A model generated the notes under the pieces. The model did not search any database, was not told the DNA's origin, and saw only the letters and a program-made list of their open reading frames with translations. A program made the translations under genes and the position numbers. This document shows positions 39,801-53,075 of a DNA stretch of 64,000 bases, one piece after another. Within the stretch, counting starts at the first letter, position 1; each line of letters opens with the position of its first letter. Source of the DNA: Octopus sinensis. Taxonomy: Eukaryota. Where the stretch lies: the NCBI RefSeq assembly GCF_006345805.1, contig NW_021833424.1:43080-107079 (forward strand). Reading direction: 5' to 3'.

Positions 39801-40303
39801 CAGGTCTTTGAGGCATTTGCATCCCCTTCTATTGCTATCTCTGCCCACGTAGTCTAGATGCGTGTCCAGGGTGGCATTCCAATCCCCCACTAAAAGTAAA
39901 GGACGAGACGTTCCCATGAAAGACTCTAGACGTCGAAAGAAATCTGGTCGGCCTGTTAAGGACGGAGCATAAACTGCTATCAGTCGAAAAGCACACTCAT
40001 TGCTGCCATCGACATCCAAAACGACCAGCCTACCCTCCGGGTCTAGGAAATTTGCTCTTACTTTGAGATCCAGACTCTTCCGGATAAGCACCGCGGTGCC
40101 ACCTCCGCCCATTCTCGGTAGACACGGAGAAAAATAAATGTTGAAATGTGTACGAAAATGTGCTGGAGTGCCCGCAAGCTGTGGAGTCTGGTCTCACTGA
40201 TGGCTATGATATTCAGATTTAGTGACTTGATGTCATTTAACAGGTAGCCTTGTTTCCAAGGCGACCCCAAGCCACGTACATTTATACTACCTATTCTGAG
40301 CAT
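36879..40303 (-). pseudogene. ORF2: AP endonuclease, reverse transcriptase and C-terminal zinc finger (frameshifted)
   Basis: MLRIGSINVRGL, ISETR, GDWNA, YLDRVF, TDHKFV, KSPGLDGLPYEFY, FRPITLLNADLKILAK, LDQSKAFDRV, RQGCPLS, YADD, CPRCG..ETVLHAL.QC. Confidence 0.93.
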
Positions 40304-40345
40304 GTTCCGATAAAAGTGCAAAAAAGGAAAAGGAGAGAGAAAAGG

Positions 40346-42483
40346 TTACTTGTTTTTCGAAAGTTCTTTGTCTTTCACCTCACGGTCTTCTTCTATGAGG
40401 CTTTTATACAGTTTTTTCGATGAGTACTTTTGAAATCTCCCTACTGCATCAGGGTAAAGATATTTCAGGGTGCTGTATGTGTTCTGTGTCACGTGTATTA
40501 TTTTAATGTGTTGTGGTGGTGTTGTATGTGGGTGGTTACTTGTTTTTATGTCGTTTTCAGTAATGTTAGTGTTTGACCTAATGTGTTCCATTAGGTCGTG
40601 GTTGTTTGTGTTTATGGCTGTCAACATTTTGGGGGGGGTTTGATGATGGTGTGTTTGTGTTGATGTGTGTGTTTTCTGTGGATGTTTTTGTTTCGGGAGT
40701 GGTGTATCTTCCCGCTTTGTTTGTTATTTTTCTTTCTTTTTTTTCCCCTTTTTCTTCTCCCCCCTGTGGCTATTTGCCAATCTTCCGTGTCTTCTTCGTC
40801 TAATGACAGATCAGACGAATCGGAGTCTGGAAGAGGGAAAGAATTGGGGTCTATTGTCGACTGTGTTGGTTTTGTTGTTGGTGTTGGTTGGTGAGCGTTT
40901 GTTGTGGTGTATGCGGTTTTGGATGTGGGGTTTGGGTATTTTGTGTTTGAGTGATTGTGGGTATTGTTGTGTGTTTTTAGGGTGTCAATTTTGTGGGGAT
41001 TTGGAGTTGTAATTGTTCTTCATTTTTGCTGGGTGTCTTTTTGGCAGATGTCCTTGGTTTGGGAGTTGGTATATTCTTGGTTGTTGTGTTGGTGATGCTG
41101 CTTCTGTTCTTGGTGCTGCAGTTGGTGTGGTTGCTTGTTTGGTGAGGTTTGTTCCTGCAAAAAGTGGTGTGGGTAGTAAACCTTGTTTATTTGTTTTTGT
41201 TTCCGGCTGCTGTTGTTGTTGCTGTTGTTTTTGCGGCAGATTTGCAGTCTTTTTGAGGTGTTGCTCACTGCCGCATATGTAGCAACGTGGTCTTCTGCCA
41301 TCGACGACCACATATAACTTGTGGTCGTCTGATACACATATCTGGGTGGGTATTTTTTTATATCCTCATGATGTATATGTAGAAGAAATTCTATTTTTTG
41401 TCCCACCCAGTTTTTATGCTCTGTGACTGTGGTTTCCAAAATAGTATAATTCGCCATTTTTACGCATAAGGCCTTTACAAGCCATAGACTATTGGCTATT
41501 TTGGGGACATTGTTTAGAGTGATCTTAGTCACTTTCTGTCCCCGATAGCTTGGTGTAAGTTGGAGTTCATCTGAGTGAAGAGTTAGCGTTGAGAAATGTC
41601 TAGCTAACTCTTCGGTGTGGAAAACAACTTGTATGTGGGCAAATTTGTTCCACCAGGTTACATATTCTTTGTGATCCCAGATGGTTTCAAGCACTTCTCT
41701 ATTTTGCTTGTGTTGGCCTTCTCTGGTGGGATTTTTGTTTTTTTGTTAACTATTTTATAAATGATTGTTCGTCTTTTTTCATTTTCCAAAATATCTTCTG
41801 GTATGTTTATTTTTACTATACCTTCTGATTCTGTTATTTTGATGTTCGTGTCCTGTATTTGTTGAGCCGTAAAGTATATTGTTGTTTTTTTTTCTTAATC
41901 GCCTCAGCGAAATTTGTTGTTGTTTTGTTATTGTTGTTGTGTGGTGATGTTGTTGTTGGCTGCAGTTTGTAAAATTGGTGTGTTTGGTTCGATCGTGCTA
42001 GTAGGAAGGGGTGGAAAATTGCCTGCGTACTTTAGTCCTGCACTAGGGCAAAATTCGACATTTCGTTTGCTTGTCGTCGTTATTTTTTCACTTGTTGGTG
42101 ATGGAGTGAGCAGTGGTTGAAGGGAATTGTTGTTGTCGTCGTTGTTGTTGTTGTTATTGTCGTTCTTGGTGACGGCGGTGGTGTTGGTAGTATTAGTAGC
42201 ATTGACGGCACGGTCTTTGGTGGCGGTGATGGTGATGTTGTTATTGGTGGCGATATCTTTAGTAGGGATAGCAGTTTTAGTAGCAGATTCTGCCATGGTG
42301 TTGGTGGTGGTGGTGGACTCACTGATGGTGTTGACGGTGCTTGGCCTTGCGACCTTTGTTTTGTATTTGTTGCTGTTGGTGGTGGTGGAGTTGTCAGGTT
42401 CGGCGTATGCTAACAGAGCATCCTGTTTTTCTGTTTCTGCGTCACGTCACTTGCAACTCAGCCTCGTGGTGGCCAGTGGCCAT
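40346..42483 (-). pseudogene. ORF1: gag-like nucleic-acid-binding protein (frameshifted)
   Basis: T/N-rich N-terminus, globular middle region, knuckle CYICGSEQHL, Q/P/K-rich C-terminus ending just before ORF2; start codon uncertain. Confidence 0.75.
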
Positions 42484-42744
42484 TTTGGAAATAAAATGGC
42501 TAAATGAAACCACGAAGGCTATGAGAATTTTTTCTTTTAAATTTGCCCACAAGGGGCAAAAATTTTGTGTCGATATTTATCAAAGGTTTACAGTGGATGT
42601 TGTTGCACAACTTTTAAGCACAAAAGTTTGTCAATATACACTTTTAAATGGTCAAAATAAATGATTACCTTCGGAGCTGAAACGACATCACATCCGTCAG
42701 AGAGAGATAGATAGATAGATAGATAAATGGATAGATAGATAGAG

Positions 42745-42781
<37 letters not shown>

Positions 42782-43059
42782 TATTTATATACATATATAT
42801 ATATTGACAAATATATGTCTAAATATATATATATACATATATACGTATATACATATATACACACACATACACACATATATATATGTATATATATATATAT
42901 ATGTGTGTGTGTGCGTGTGTGTGTATATATATATGTGTGTGTGTTGCGTGTGTGTGTATGTATATATATATACACACATACACACATGCATATTCATGTA
43001 TGTGCAGGTTTTTACATTTGTATGCAGTTCTATGTGTGTGTGTGTGTGAGTGTGCATGC

Positions 43060-43098
<39 letters not shown>

Positions 43099-43897
43099 GC
43101 TTGGTCATATAATGGCTGCCGACAATGCGACTGATGGATAAGCATCGCAATCTTTGTCCGCTGATTAGATAAAGGCAGAGCAGCAACTGAAAATGAGAGA
43201 CGAGACAGATATGAACATGATATTGCCTGCCTGGCTGTCTGCACTAATAGAACCACTGGCCGGGATTGGCTTGGTTGGCTGTAATCTCGGCCAATCAGCT
43301 GATAGTAACTGCTTCCAGGATCAAAGACCTCACTGATCCACACTCACACACACAGTTACACACACACATTCACTAATGTCCGCTATGAATCGATCATACG
43401 GACAACAAATTGATAATGTTCTCCTAGACATACTCACGCACACACACACACACACACACACACGTGTGTGTATCTGTTGGTAGGAAGGCGGTGGAGGTAT
43501 ATGCGTGTATGTGTTTGTGTGTGTTTTGTTGTGTTGTGTTGTGTATGGCTGTGCATAATTCCGGACTGAAATACACCTACGGACACAGAATATATAAATA
43601 CATATATGTATATACACATGCATCGATATATACATATTTACACACACACACACACTGGAGAAAAACGAGCAAAGCGATACAACTCAGAGTGACCAGTGGC
43701 CTATATTTGAACATAATTAATGTGGTATTATATAGCAAGGGCTCAAATAACTGGACATTCGTGTATTTGTCTGATTGAGAGTCTGTGTGTGTGTGCGTAT
43801 TAATACACATACATATTAACATACACATATCCACACACAATTACATACATTTATAGACACATGCGTGCACATGGGTACGCATATATAAATATACATC

Positions 43898-44265
43898 GGG
43901 CGACGAGCTGGCAGAATCGTTAGCGCGCCGGGCGAAAGTTCGTATTTCGTCTGCTGCTACGTTCTGAGTTCAAATTCCGCCGAGGTCGACCTTGCCTTTC
44001 ATCCTTTCAGGGTCGATTAAATAAGTACCAGTTACGCACTGGGGTCGATGCAATCGACATAATCCGTTTGTCTGTCCTTGTTTGTCCTCTCTGTGTTTAG
44101 CCCCTTGTGGGTAGTAAAGAAATAGGTATTTCGTCTGCCGTTACGTTCTGAGTTCAAATTCCGCCGAGGTCGACTTTGCCTTTCATCCAGTTACGTACTA
44201 GGGTCGATCTAATTGACTGGCCCCCTCCCACAAAATTTCGCGCCTTGTGCCTAAAGTAGAAAAAA
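43898..44265 (+). mobile_element. SINE family A, two-unit copy
   Basis: Family head, core and tail. Confidence 0.9.
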
Positions 44266-44394
44266 TATGAAAAATATAAATGTCCATATATATGTGCTTA
44301 TACTGTTTCCTCTCATAGCTCGTCCTCCTAGCGTTCATAATATTTTTTTCTATCGTCTTGGCTCAACAGCCCTCACCGTTTGTTTTAACTGTTT

Positions 44395-44800
44395 TGTTTT
44401 CACTGTCCTGTTCTTTCAACCACTTTCACCCCCCGCAAAAAATTCGCACACAAGTGTACGAGTGTTTCAGACTTTTCCAAGATGGCGAAAAAATGTCGAT
44501 ATTGACGAATGTTCTAGGTTACCCGCAACGAACAGAACTGAGTTAAGCACCGCAGATGCATGTGCAGTTGTGATGAGAAATCGTCAAATCGCCATCCGTG
44601 AGTTATCAGAATATGTGCAGATTAGTTACGGTTCAGTTCAGTCCATTATTACTGAAGATTCGGGAATGAGACGTGTGTCTACTAAGTTTGTGCCAAAACT
44701 GCTTCCAGCTTAGCGAAAAGACACTCGGGTTTCAGTTGTACAAGAACTGCATGATTGTGTCGAGAACGATGAAAACCTTTTTGAAAACTTTGCGTAGGCC
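44395..44800 (+). pseudogene. mariner transposase N-terminal fragment
   Basis: NRQIAIRELSEYVQISYGSVQSIITEDSGMRRVSTKFVPKLL (HTH plus WVP-like motif). Confidence 0.8.
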
Positions 44801-44811
44801 TCTGAGCAGGT

Positions 44812-44918
<107 letters not shown>

Positions 44919-44967
44919 ATCAAACAAATTCCAAAGGGACGGGTAAATATATATATACAGATAGATA

Positions 44968-46684
44968 TGTTTCTTTATTAGCCACACAGGGCTGCACACA
45001 GATAGAACAAATTACAAGGTAGAGCTTTTCTTTTGAAGGTTTAAAAAAAAAAAAAAATTAAAAATTAAAAAATAAAAAAAAAAAAAAGGAAGGGGAGTTT
45101 CGATCAAAAGGGATCGTAAAAGGAGAGAAAGAGGACAAAAAAAAGGAGGGTTAAAAAAAAAAAAAAAAAAAAAGGGGGGAGAGGAAAAAAAAAAAAAATT
45201 GATCAATAGGGATCGTTATCACAGAAATGTCAATATGAAGTGTAAAGGGGAGGACAGGTGAGGTTTACCCGTGGAAAGAAAAGCCTACGGAAAAGACCAC
45301 GGTAACCTCGGTCAATGAAGTCACATTTTATATTTCTTTTTTTTTTTTTTTTTTTTTGCAAATAAGCAACTCTCTGTTTTCGATTTCTGGGTTCATAGGA
45401 CTATGCTCAAGGTGGCTTCGTCATTCATACGTGCCATTCTTGCTACATTCACCCATCTTTTTTTAAAACATTCGCCAGACAAAACTTGCCTCTCTACTCT
45501 CACTTTCCTTTTCAAGTGGTACTTGAAGAAGTTGATGAGAGATTGACCAGAGAGGAAAGTGTTTGTCTCCAATCCTTTCAGACGCGTCCACCAGATACAT
45601 TCTTTCGCCATAGCCACAAGGATGATGAAAATAGCTCTTCCTTCCCGTTTGAAGGAAGGAGGCGTGACAATATTGACGATAGACTCAGCTGATAAACCGA
45701 CTCGTCCCACACGTGACAGCAGTTGTCCGACATAAACCCACAGGTCGGAAATTGTTGGACACTGAACGAGTGCGTGCAGAACGGTTTCGTCGCTCTGACC
45801 GCATCTCGGGCAGGTCGGCCCCGTGTTTCTCGAGCCGTGTCTGTAGAGCTTATCCCGAACGGGTAGCGCTTCTCGTAGCACTGCCAGGCCAGGGATCTCT
45901 GGAAGTTGTCCATGGGCCCTGGCCCGAAAGTCGTCCCGAACAGGCGGGTCAGGTACTCCTCGTCGACGTCCAGGTTCGCCCCGAGCTCGTCGTCGTACCT
46001 CCCCTCCACTAAACCCCTATAGAATGCTTTGGTTGTGTTGAAGTCACTTAAGGTCGACCCAGGACGGCAGAGTTGCTTGAGAGCAACGCGACACTCGCGG
46101 TGCCATTCGCCCTTCCTCGGCCTCTTTTTGATCCACGACTGCAGTTCGGTCATGGAGACGAGCTGCGGGAAAGCGTGCCTCACAAACGGCGACCACACCT
46201 GTTCACCGTCGTCTACATAGAGCCAGAGATGTCGCAGTCTCAGCGCGTGTCTGCGCATCATCAACCACGGCATGCCCAGCCCTCCTTTTAACGGGTGTTG
46301 ACAGCAAATGGATCGCCTGACCATCGGGACGCATCCTTTCCACAAGAAGCGAAAGAGGATGCGTTGTAGTTTGGTGATGGTAGGGTCGGGACAAGGTACG
46401 ACGGTCAGGCGGTAGTAGATGACGGACGCGATGTACGTGTTCGCCACCTCCGCTCGACCTTTTAGGGACAGTTTCCTCTCGGCCCATTGCCGGGCGAGAG
46501 TGACCACCCTACTCGTTATCTCGTTCCAGTTCTTCTCCACTTGGAGGTCCGGACCAAACCAGACCCCGAGCAACTCAACCGGGCCGTCGGTCCAGCGTCC
46601 CACGACGGAGGCGCTGGTGGACGGCATGGGCTTGCTTCTCCAGGTGCCTAGTCGCAAGCCCACTGACTTTTCCCGGTTGATTTT
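44968..46684 (-). mobile_element. 5'-truncated L1/Tx1-type LINE, subfamily 2
   Basis: Nearly identical to 34134-35566; 5' junction abuts (CTAT)n, 3' end followed by TATCTATCTG(TA)n. Confidence 0.94.
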
Positions 46685-46723
<39 letters not shown>

Positions 46724-46753
46724 TAGATAGATAGATAGATAGACAGACAGATC

Positions 46754-46834
<81 letters not shown>

Positions 46835-46835
46835 T

Positions 46836-46915
<80 letters not shown>

Positions 46916-46941
46916 CAGACAGATCGATAGACAGACAGATC

Positions 46942-47030
<89 letters not shown>

Positions 47031-47038
47031 TTAGATAG
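46685..47038. repeat. (TAGA)n microsatellite
   Basis: Visible run. Confidence 0.97.
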
Positions 47039-47039
47039 A

Positions 47040-47700
47040 AGGCCCATTCCACATGTTTTGAGAATTTTTCAGGAAAGAGATGTCTTAATTTCACACAAGT
47101 ACAAAATACTAATTTCTTTCCAAGTCGGATCCGCTGACTTCAAGGCGCTCATTGTAGCGCTGCAACCACTCGGTGAAGGCCTCATGGGATTCCTTCAAAG
47201 TGAAAGTCTCCAGCACCATTGTTTCTCCCACCATCTTTTCCTGCAGCTTGGGTTTGGGTTAAGAATCGTATGAAGAAATGTCTGGACTGTAGGCAGGGTG
47301 AATGACGGATTTTGGATGCCATCCCCATCGAGTATTTGTCTACCAGGATGGAATGGTTGACTGGATCAGGAGCTCTGGCGTTTTCCGATAAAACCTCTTC
47401 CCGAACTCTCTCAAACCTCCACGAAGTACTTTCCATTGACCGTCTGGTTAGAGGAAATCCAGTGGATGTAGATGACCATCATTAGCATCTCGATGGACTT
47501 CTTGCTTTGCCTGGCCTCTTGTGTGAGCGCAAAGTAGATACTCCCTTCATGAAAGTTACTCCATACACATTCGGGAGCATTTGTTAAGTCTCTCGAGTAT
47601 TTTTGCCCAGTTCAACTCATAGCGAGCTTCGGAATTCTTTTCATGTTCCGACTGCGTTGTGCATTCTAATCAGCAATGACCAGCGGCGTTTACAAAGGTG
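47040..47700 (-). pseudogene. Highly decayed mariner-like remnant
   Basis: Minus frame near 47115-47190 reads [23 protein letters not shown], resembling the mariner C-terminus. Confidence 0.45.
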
Positions 47701-48669
47701 TGTTCAAACTGCTATTAAAGCCGTCTCCTTGAATCGGAAATAAATAGTTGGCCGGTCAGCTTATTAAATGTGTATCATTTATTTACCAACATTATAACTG
47801 CCGCTCTTAACTCCTGGAATGCAGAACGCACACACATATTTGCCGAGTTAAGTAGGCCCAGCGGAAGTTATTCACGTAAAACTTACGTAACTAATGACTG
47901 ACTATTTCAGGAAACTTGTACACATTATACAAAGAATTTATACCGACTAATTCCTGCCATTTCGTCCCTGACTAATACATTAAAAATATCTCTGAACATA
48001 TATCTTAATACTTTATTCATTCATTCTGAATCTTATGTGTGTGGGGGGCAGTGTTGTATGTATGTATGTTTGTATGTATGTATGTTTATATGTGCGTGCG
48101 CTGTGTGTGCGTATTTGTGAGTTTGTTTGTGTGTACGCTTAATATATATATATATATATATACAAAATGGGACAAGAACGCAAGACATCCAGAAGGTGAT
48201 ACAAAAAACACGGACGGGTCATTCGAAGCCTTTAATCTTCAGTCAAGAATCGGATCATCCTCGCAATTTCGGCTGATTAATCTTGGGATTGCTCCAATCT
48301 GGCCAGACCCAAGGAAAACCTAAGCTAAGAGCATTAGATTCCTTGGAAAAAAGCTTCGAATGTATACGAAACAAGGACGGAAAAACGGACGATGTTACAC
48401 GAATATAAGTACAAAAATAATACGAAAAAACAATAATAATAATAATAATAATAATAATAATCATAATAACAGGATATCACAACAGGCGTCTTTCGACTGG
48501 AAGCGAATTGAATTCAGCTGACGTGTTAGGAATTTAAGCCTTACGGCAGAAGAGGAATGTTGATGTTGCTCGACGGCTGCCAAACCCAAAAAGGCCAGTA
48601 GACGGCCAGCGGTCACGTGAGAAGAGAAGAGAGAGGAACAGCGGGACAGAGGAATTAAGGAGGGGGATA

Positions 48670-48702
<33 letters not shown>

Positions 48703-49173
48703 AAGGAGAGACAGGGACAAAATGAAGTGCAAAGTAAGAAAGGCAAATAAATGTAAGAGAGCGGGGAGAGAGAGTGTTGTAGAAGTCGTACAAAGTTTAG
48801 TGAAATGTGTACTTACATATAAGAGAACATCGTGTACGTACGCCGCTATATATATATAACAAATATATCCAAGTGGATTAAAAAGTGTTATCAGAAGGTT
48901 AACCAGGAGTCGTAACCTGGGTGCGACCCGGCTTCCCTAGAGTTTAAAAAGTTAAGGGCCGAAACACTTGCCGAAGTAGGGTTTCTTCACTGAAGACCTT
49001 CTAGTTATCAGCTCTCTTGAGAGTTTCTTACCATTTCCACACCTCCTCACACTTCTGCTCTCCTCCACCTTCCATTTGATATATTATATTGTTTTATATT
49101 ATAGTATATTAAATATGTGTGAGTGTATATATACACATACACACACACACTCACGCACACATATATGTATGCA

Positions 49174-49354
49174 TACATACAAAATTTAGAGGAGTGACCG
49201 CTAAAATACTGGACAGCCTATATGCTAGATATAGACGTCAAAATCGCCATTTTCCACGAAACACATTCTTCGTGGAAAATGGCGATTTTGACGTCTATAT
49301 CTAGCATATAGACTGTCCAGTTTTTAGTGGTCAGTCCTCTAAATTTTGTATGTA
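49174..49354. repeat. Near-perfect 181-bp fold-back (about 86-bp arms, 8-nt loop)
   Basis: ...ATATGCTAGATATAGACGTCAAAATCGCCATTTTCCACGAA-acacattc-TTCGTGGAAAATGGCG... Confidence 0.95.
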
Positions 49355-49951
49355 AAAAAATTTTTAACCTTCGGATTTTTTAAAATATGCTAGGCCACTG
49401 GTTTTAATTGATTAATATCAATTTCTACCCTTATTTAATTTTAAATAAAGTATGCATATATATGTATATATATGTCTATGCGTGCGTATGTGTGTGTGTG
49501 TCCGTTACATGCAACAGACTTATATTAAAGTAGATATCTGTTCATCATACTTAAAGAAAATGATCCGTGTAAAGCAAATTTACTGCTGTATTCGTCCAGA
49601 GTTTAATGACTTTTATGGACATGCAGTATATATGGACAGATATATAAACAAAGGAGCCAAAAATTTCTGGTCAGAATGCTAGATGCATTTCTGACTCATT
49701 GGGAGTTGACCGTATCATATGCTGACGGCCAACCACAAGCCAACACAAAATCCGTCACCACTGACATCAGCCACATTAAGTATGATACACAGATGGCTTT
49801 ATATATGGCAATAGGCCGATCCATATTATGAATGGCCTATTGACTTTGAGAAATTATTCATACTCGAAATAATGTCCCCTTCTTAAGTGGGGCCATTCTC
49901 AATTGCTTTGTGGTAATTATGGTGCATCTGTTGATGGTGAACATACTTTTC

Positions 49952-50184
49952 AAGGCGGCGAGCTGGCAGAAACGTTAGCGCACCGGGCGAAATGCTGTAG
50001 CGCTATTTCGTCTGTCGTTACGTACTGAGTTCGAATTCCGCCGATCGACTTTGTCTTTCATCCTTTCGGGGTCGATTAAATAAGTACCAGTTACGCACTA
50101 GGGTCGATGTAATCGACTTAATCCGTTTGTCTGTCCTTTTTTGTCCTCTCTGTGTTTAGCCCCTTGTGGGTAGTAAAGAAATAG
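49952..50184 (+). mobile_element. SINE family A with TSD
   Basis: GGTGAACATA(C/A)TTTTCA on both sides. Confidence 0.9.
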
Positions 50185-50334
50185 GTGAACATAATTTTCA
50201 TGAATTAAGAATCTATGTTGTATGGTATTTGATATGCTTATATTGTCTATGTTGTGTGTGTGCGCGCGTGTGCGTGTGTGTGTGTGTGTGTTGAATTCAT
50301 CATTAACATTGGTTTGATCGAAGTGGCGTAGAGG

Positions 50335-50590
50335 ACTATTTTCAAATGCAGTATTCTGTATGCAATAAAAGTTTTTGCTAAACTGGGTAAAAACGTTACA
50401 AAAACTTATGAGATAATCCAGACCACTTATGGATTAACCTGTATGAATCAAGCATCTGTTTTCCTTTGCTAGTACAAGAGGCCAGGCAAACTAAGTCCAC
50501 CAGGAAGCACACGATAATCTCCTTTTTCGACCACAGAAGCATTATCTGCGTCCACTGGGTCAATGGTCAACAATGGTACATTATTGGCGC
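50335..50590 (+). pseudogene. mariner remnant (internally deleted)
   Basis: AIKVFAKLGKNVTKTYEIIQTTYG N-terminal motif, then ISFFDHRSII. Confidence 0.65.
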
Positions 50591-51636
50591 TTTATTCGTC
50601 TGTTGTTACGTTCGGAGTTCAAATTCCGCCGAGTTCCACTTTGCCTTTCATCCTTTCGTGGTCGATAAATAAAGTTCCAGTTACGCACTGGGGTCGATGT
50701 AATCGTCTTAATCCCTTTGTCTGTCCTTGTTTCTCCCCTCTATGTTTAGCCCCTTGTGGGCAATACAGAAATATATATTTTTATAAATAAAAGAAGTGTC
50801 ACAACGACCGTTTCGACCATTTGGTCATTATCATGTGTCCTTGACGATGACCTGAATCACGAAACGATCCTAATCTCATATTAGAAATATCAAAACAAAA
50901 AAACAAAAACAATTTAAATATCTCTCTCTTCGCTTTAAACTTCATTCGTATATTTTCAGTTACAACAAGTATGAATATCTTATGATTAATTACACACGTA
51001 TTTCTAATTAGAGGGGTCTAACTTGTGACTGTTTTAGGAAACGTGGAGATTATCCACTTATAATTAGGGTTAATTAGCATTAAATTTAAATTTTATTATT
51101 ATTATTGCTATTATTGTTGTTATTATTATTATTGAATTATCGATCTCTGTAACACTGGCTATGTCTAATTAAATTCATAGTAATTAGGGCTAATATATCT
51201 TCAAGATTCTCTTATTACTAATCAGTTATACGTCTCATTAAGGAAATATCTTAATAGTTCTCTTTAATATGAGATGTAATCCATTTAATTAAAAACAATT
51301 CATCATTAGGACGTAGAGGGAGCTTATCGGGGCAATAATTAAGGATACAATGGCAGCAGGAATTGCTATTCTACATCACTAGAACATGATTCAACATTAC
51401 CTGAAGACATTTTATTCCAATGTCGCAAAATTGGTATTTTTCGGAATAATGTGATTCCTGTTGAGCAACACATCCATTCACCATCACCAAGCACGACGGT
51501 GCCTGTGCATCGTCACTCGACATCCAAGAAATAGCAGCCGAATTTCTGCCATTCATACCTTGAGTATTGAATGATCTTAAAGGATGACGGAGCGATCATG
51601 GCTGGAACGACTTATATTTGACTTGACGGTCTAAAA

Positions 51637-51843
51637 CAGTGGCTATCAACCTTTTTAATATCCGGGTCAGATACAAAACCTAGATTTTCTTGGAGGTGGC
51701 CGGCGGGTGGGGGGGGGGGAGAGAACAAAAAAAGTCAAACAGAAGTCAATTAAAGAAAACTAATAATATTTATAGACGGAAGACCGTCGAAAGGATGCTT
51801 GAGGGCCGCACGCGGCCTTCGGAGCCATGGCTGAGAACCATTG
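51637..51843. mobile_element. hAT-type MITE
   Basis: CAGTGGCTATCAACC ... GGCTGAGAACCATTG imperfect TIRs, internal GGGCCGCACGCGGCC. Confidence 0.6.
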
Positions 51844-52003
51844 GTCAAAGGTGTGTTGCTGTTACTAGTAAAGCCAGCAACAACAATACATTGGATCGAC
51901 AAAAACAACAAAAATGCCAACGCAAACACACAGACATGCATTCACATATACACACACATGCATATATGCACACATACATGTACACATACGTATATATACA
52001 TAT

Positions 52004-52409
52004 AGGTGAGCTGGCAGAAACGTTAGCACGCCGGGCGAAATGCGTAGCCGTATTTCGTCTGCCGCTACATTCTGAGTTCAAATTCCGCCGAGGTCGACTT
52101 TGCTTTTCATCTTTTCGGGGTCTATAAATTAAGTACCAGTTAAGCACTGGGGTCGATGCAATCGACTTAATCCATTTGTCTGTCCTTGTTTGTCCTCTCT
52201 GTGTTTAGCCCCTTGTGGGTAGTAAAGAAATAGGTATTTCGTTTGCCGCTACGTTCTGAGTTCAAATTCCGCCAGGTCGACTTTGCCTTTCATCCTTTCG
52301 GGGTCGATAAATTAAGTACCAGTTACGCACTGGGGTCGATATACTCGACTTAATCCGTTGTCTGTCCTTGTTTATCCCCTCTGTGTTTAGCCGCTTGTGG
52401 ATGGTAAAG

Positions 52410-52412
<3 letters not shown>
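52004..52412 (+). mobile_element. SINE family A, two units plus second linker
   Basis: Family sequence. Confidence 0.9.
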
Positions 52413-52461
<49 letters not shown>

Positions 52462-52586
52462 TATATATATACATATATGCATAGATGCCATTGAACAAAC
52501 AAGAAATACTTGTAACAAACACTTAACCGAACAAAATGAATTTGTTATACAGAATAATGATACAACCATCCCTACTGTCTTCTCTC

Positions 52587-52778
52587 TATCCTCCATCCTT
52601 CCATGTTCTCTACATGTGTATCCTCCATCCTTCCATGTTCTCTACATGTGTATCCTCCATCCTTCCATGTTCTCTACATGTGTATCCTCCATCCTTCCAT
52701 GTTCTCTACATGTGTATCCTCCATCCTTCCATGTTCTCTACATGTGTATCCTCCATCCTTCCATGTTCTCTACATGTG
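52587..52778. repeat. Minisatellite, 6 perfect copies of a 32-bp unit
   Basis: TATCCTCCATCCTTCCATGTTCTCTACATGTG x6. Confidence 0.97.
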
Positions 52779-52807
52779 TATGCAATTGTGTATTTTCCTT
52801 TTATTTT

Positions 52808-53028
52808 ATTTTACTCTTTTACTTGTTTCAGTCATTAGACTGCGGCCATGTTGGAGCACTGCCTTTCGTCGAGCAAATCGGCCCCAGGACTTATTCTTTG
52901 TGAGCCTAGTACTTATTCTATCGAACTCTTTCGCCGAGCCGCAGACTTGCGGGGACGTAAACACACCAGCATCGGTTGTCAAGCGATGTTAAGGAGACAA
53001 ACACACAAACACACACGCACATACACAC

Positions 53029-53075
<47 letters not shown>

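Larger units (their letters stand above)
36575..42700 (-). mobile_element. Near full-length (about 6.1 kb) L1/Tx1-clade non-LTR retrotransposon, subfamily 1
   Basis: 5' UTR, ORF1, ORF2, 3' UTR with AATAAA; (TATC)n on the element strand at both ends. Confidence 0.93.

Noticed and set aside
43110-43330. CCAAT-box-containing island as a promoter
   Set aside because: Short motifs only, with no linked transcript evidence
48170-48420. CTGAAGA..GAAT motif on the minus strand in a TA-flanked island
   Set aside because: Probably a repeat, but no GAAA or stems could be assigned
52587-52778. CRISPR-like 32-bp repeats
   Set aside because: Head-to-tail with no spacers, in a eukaryotic context
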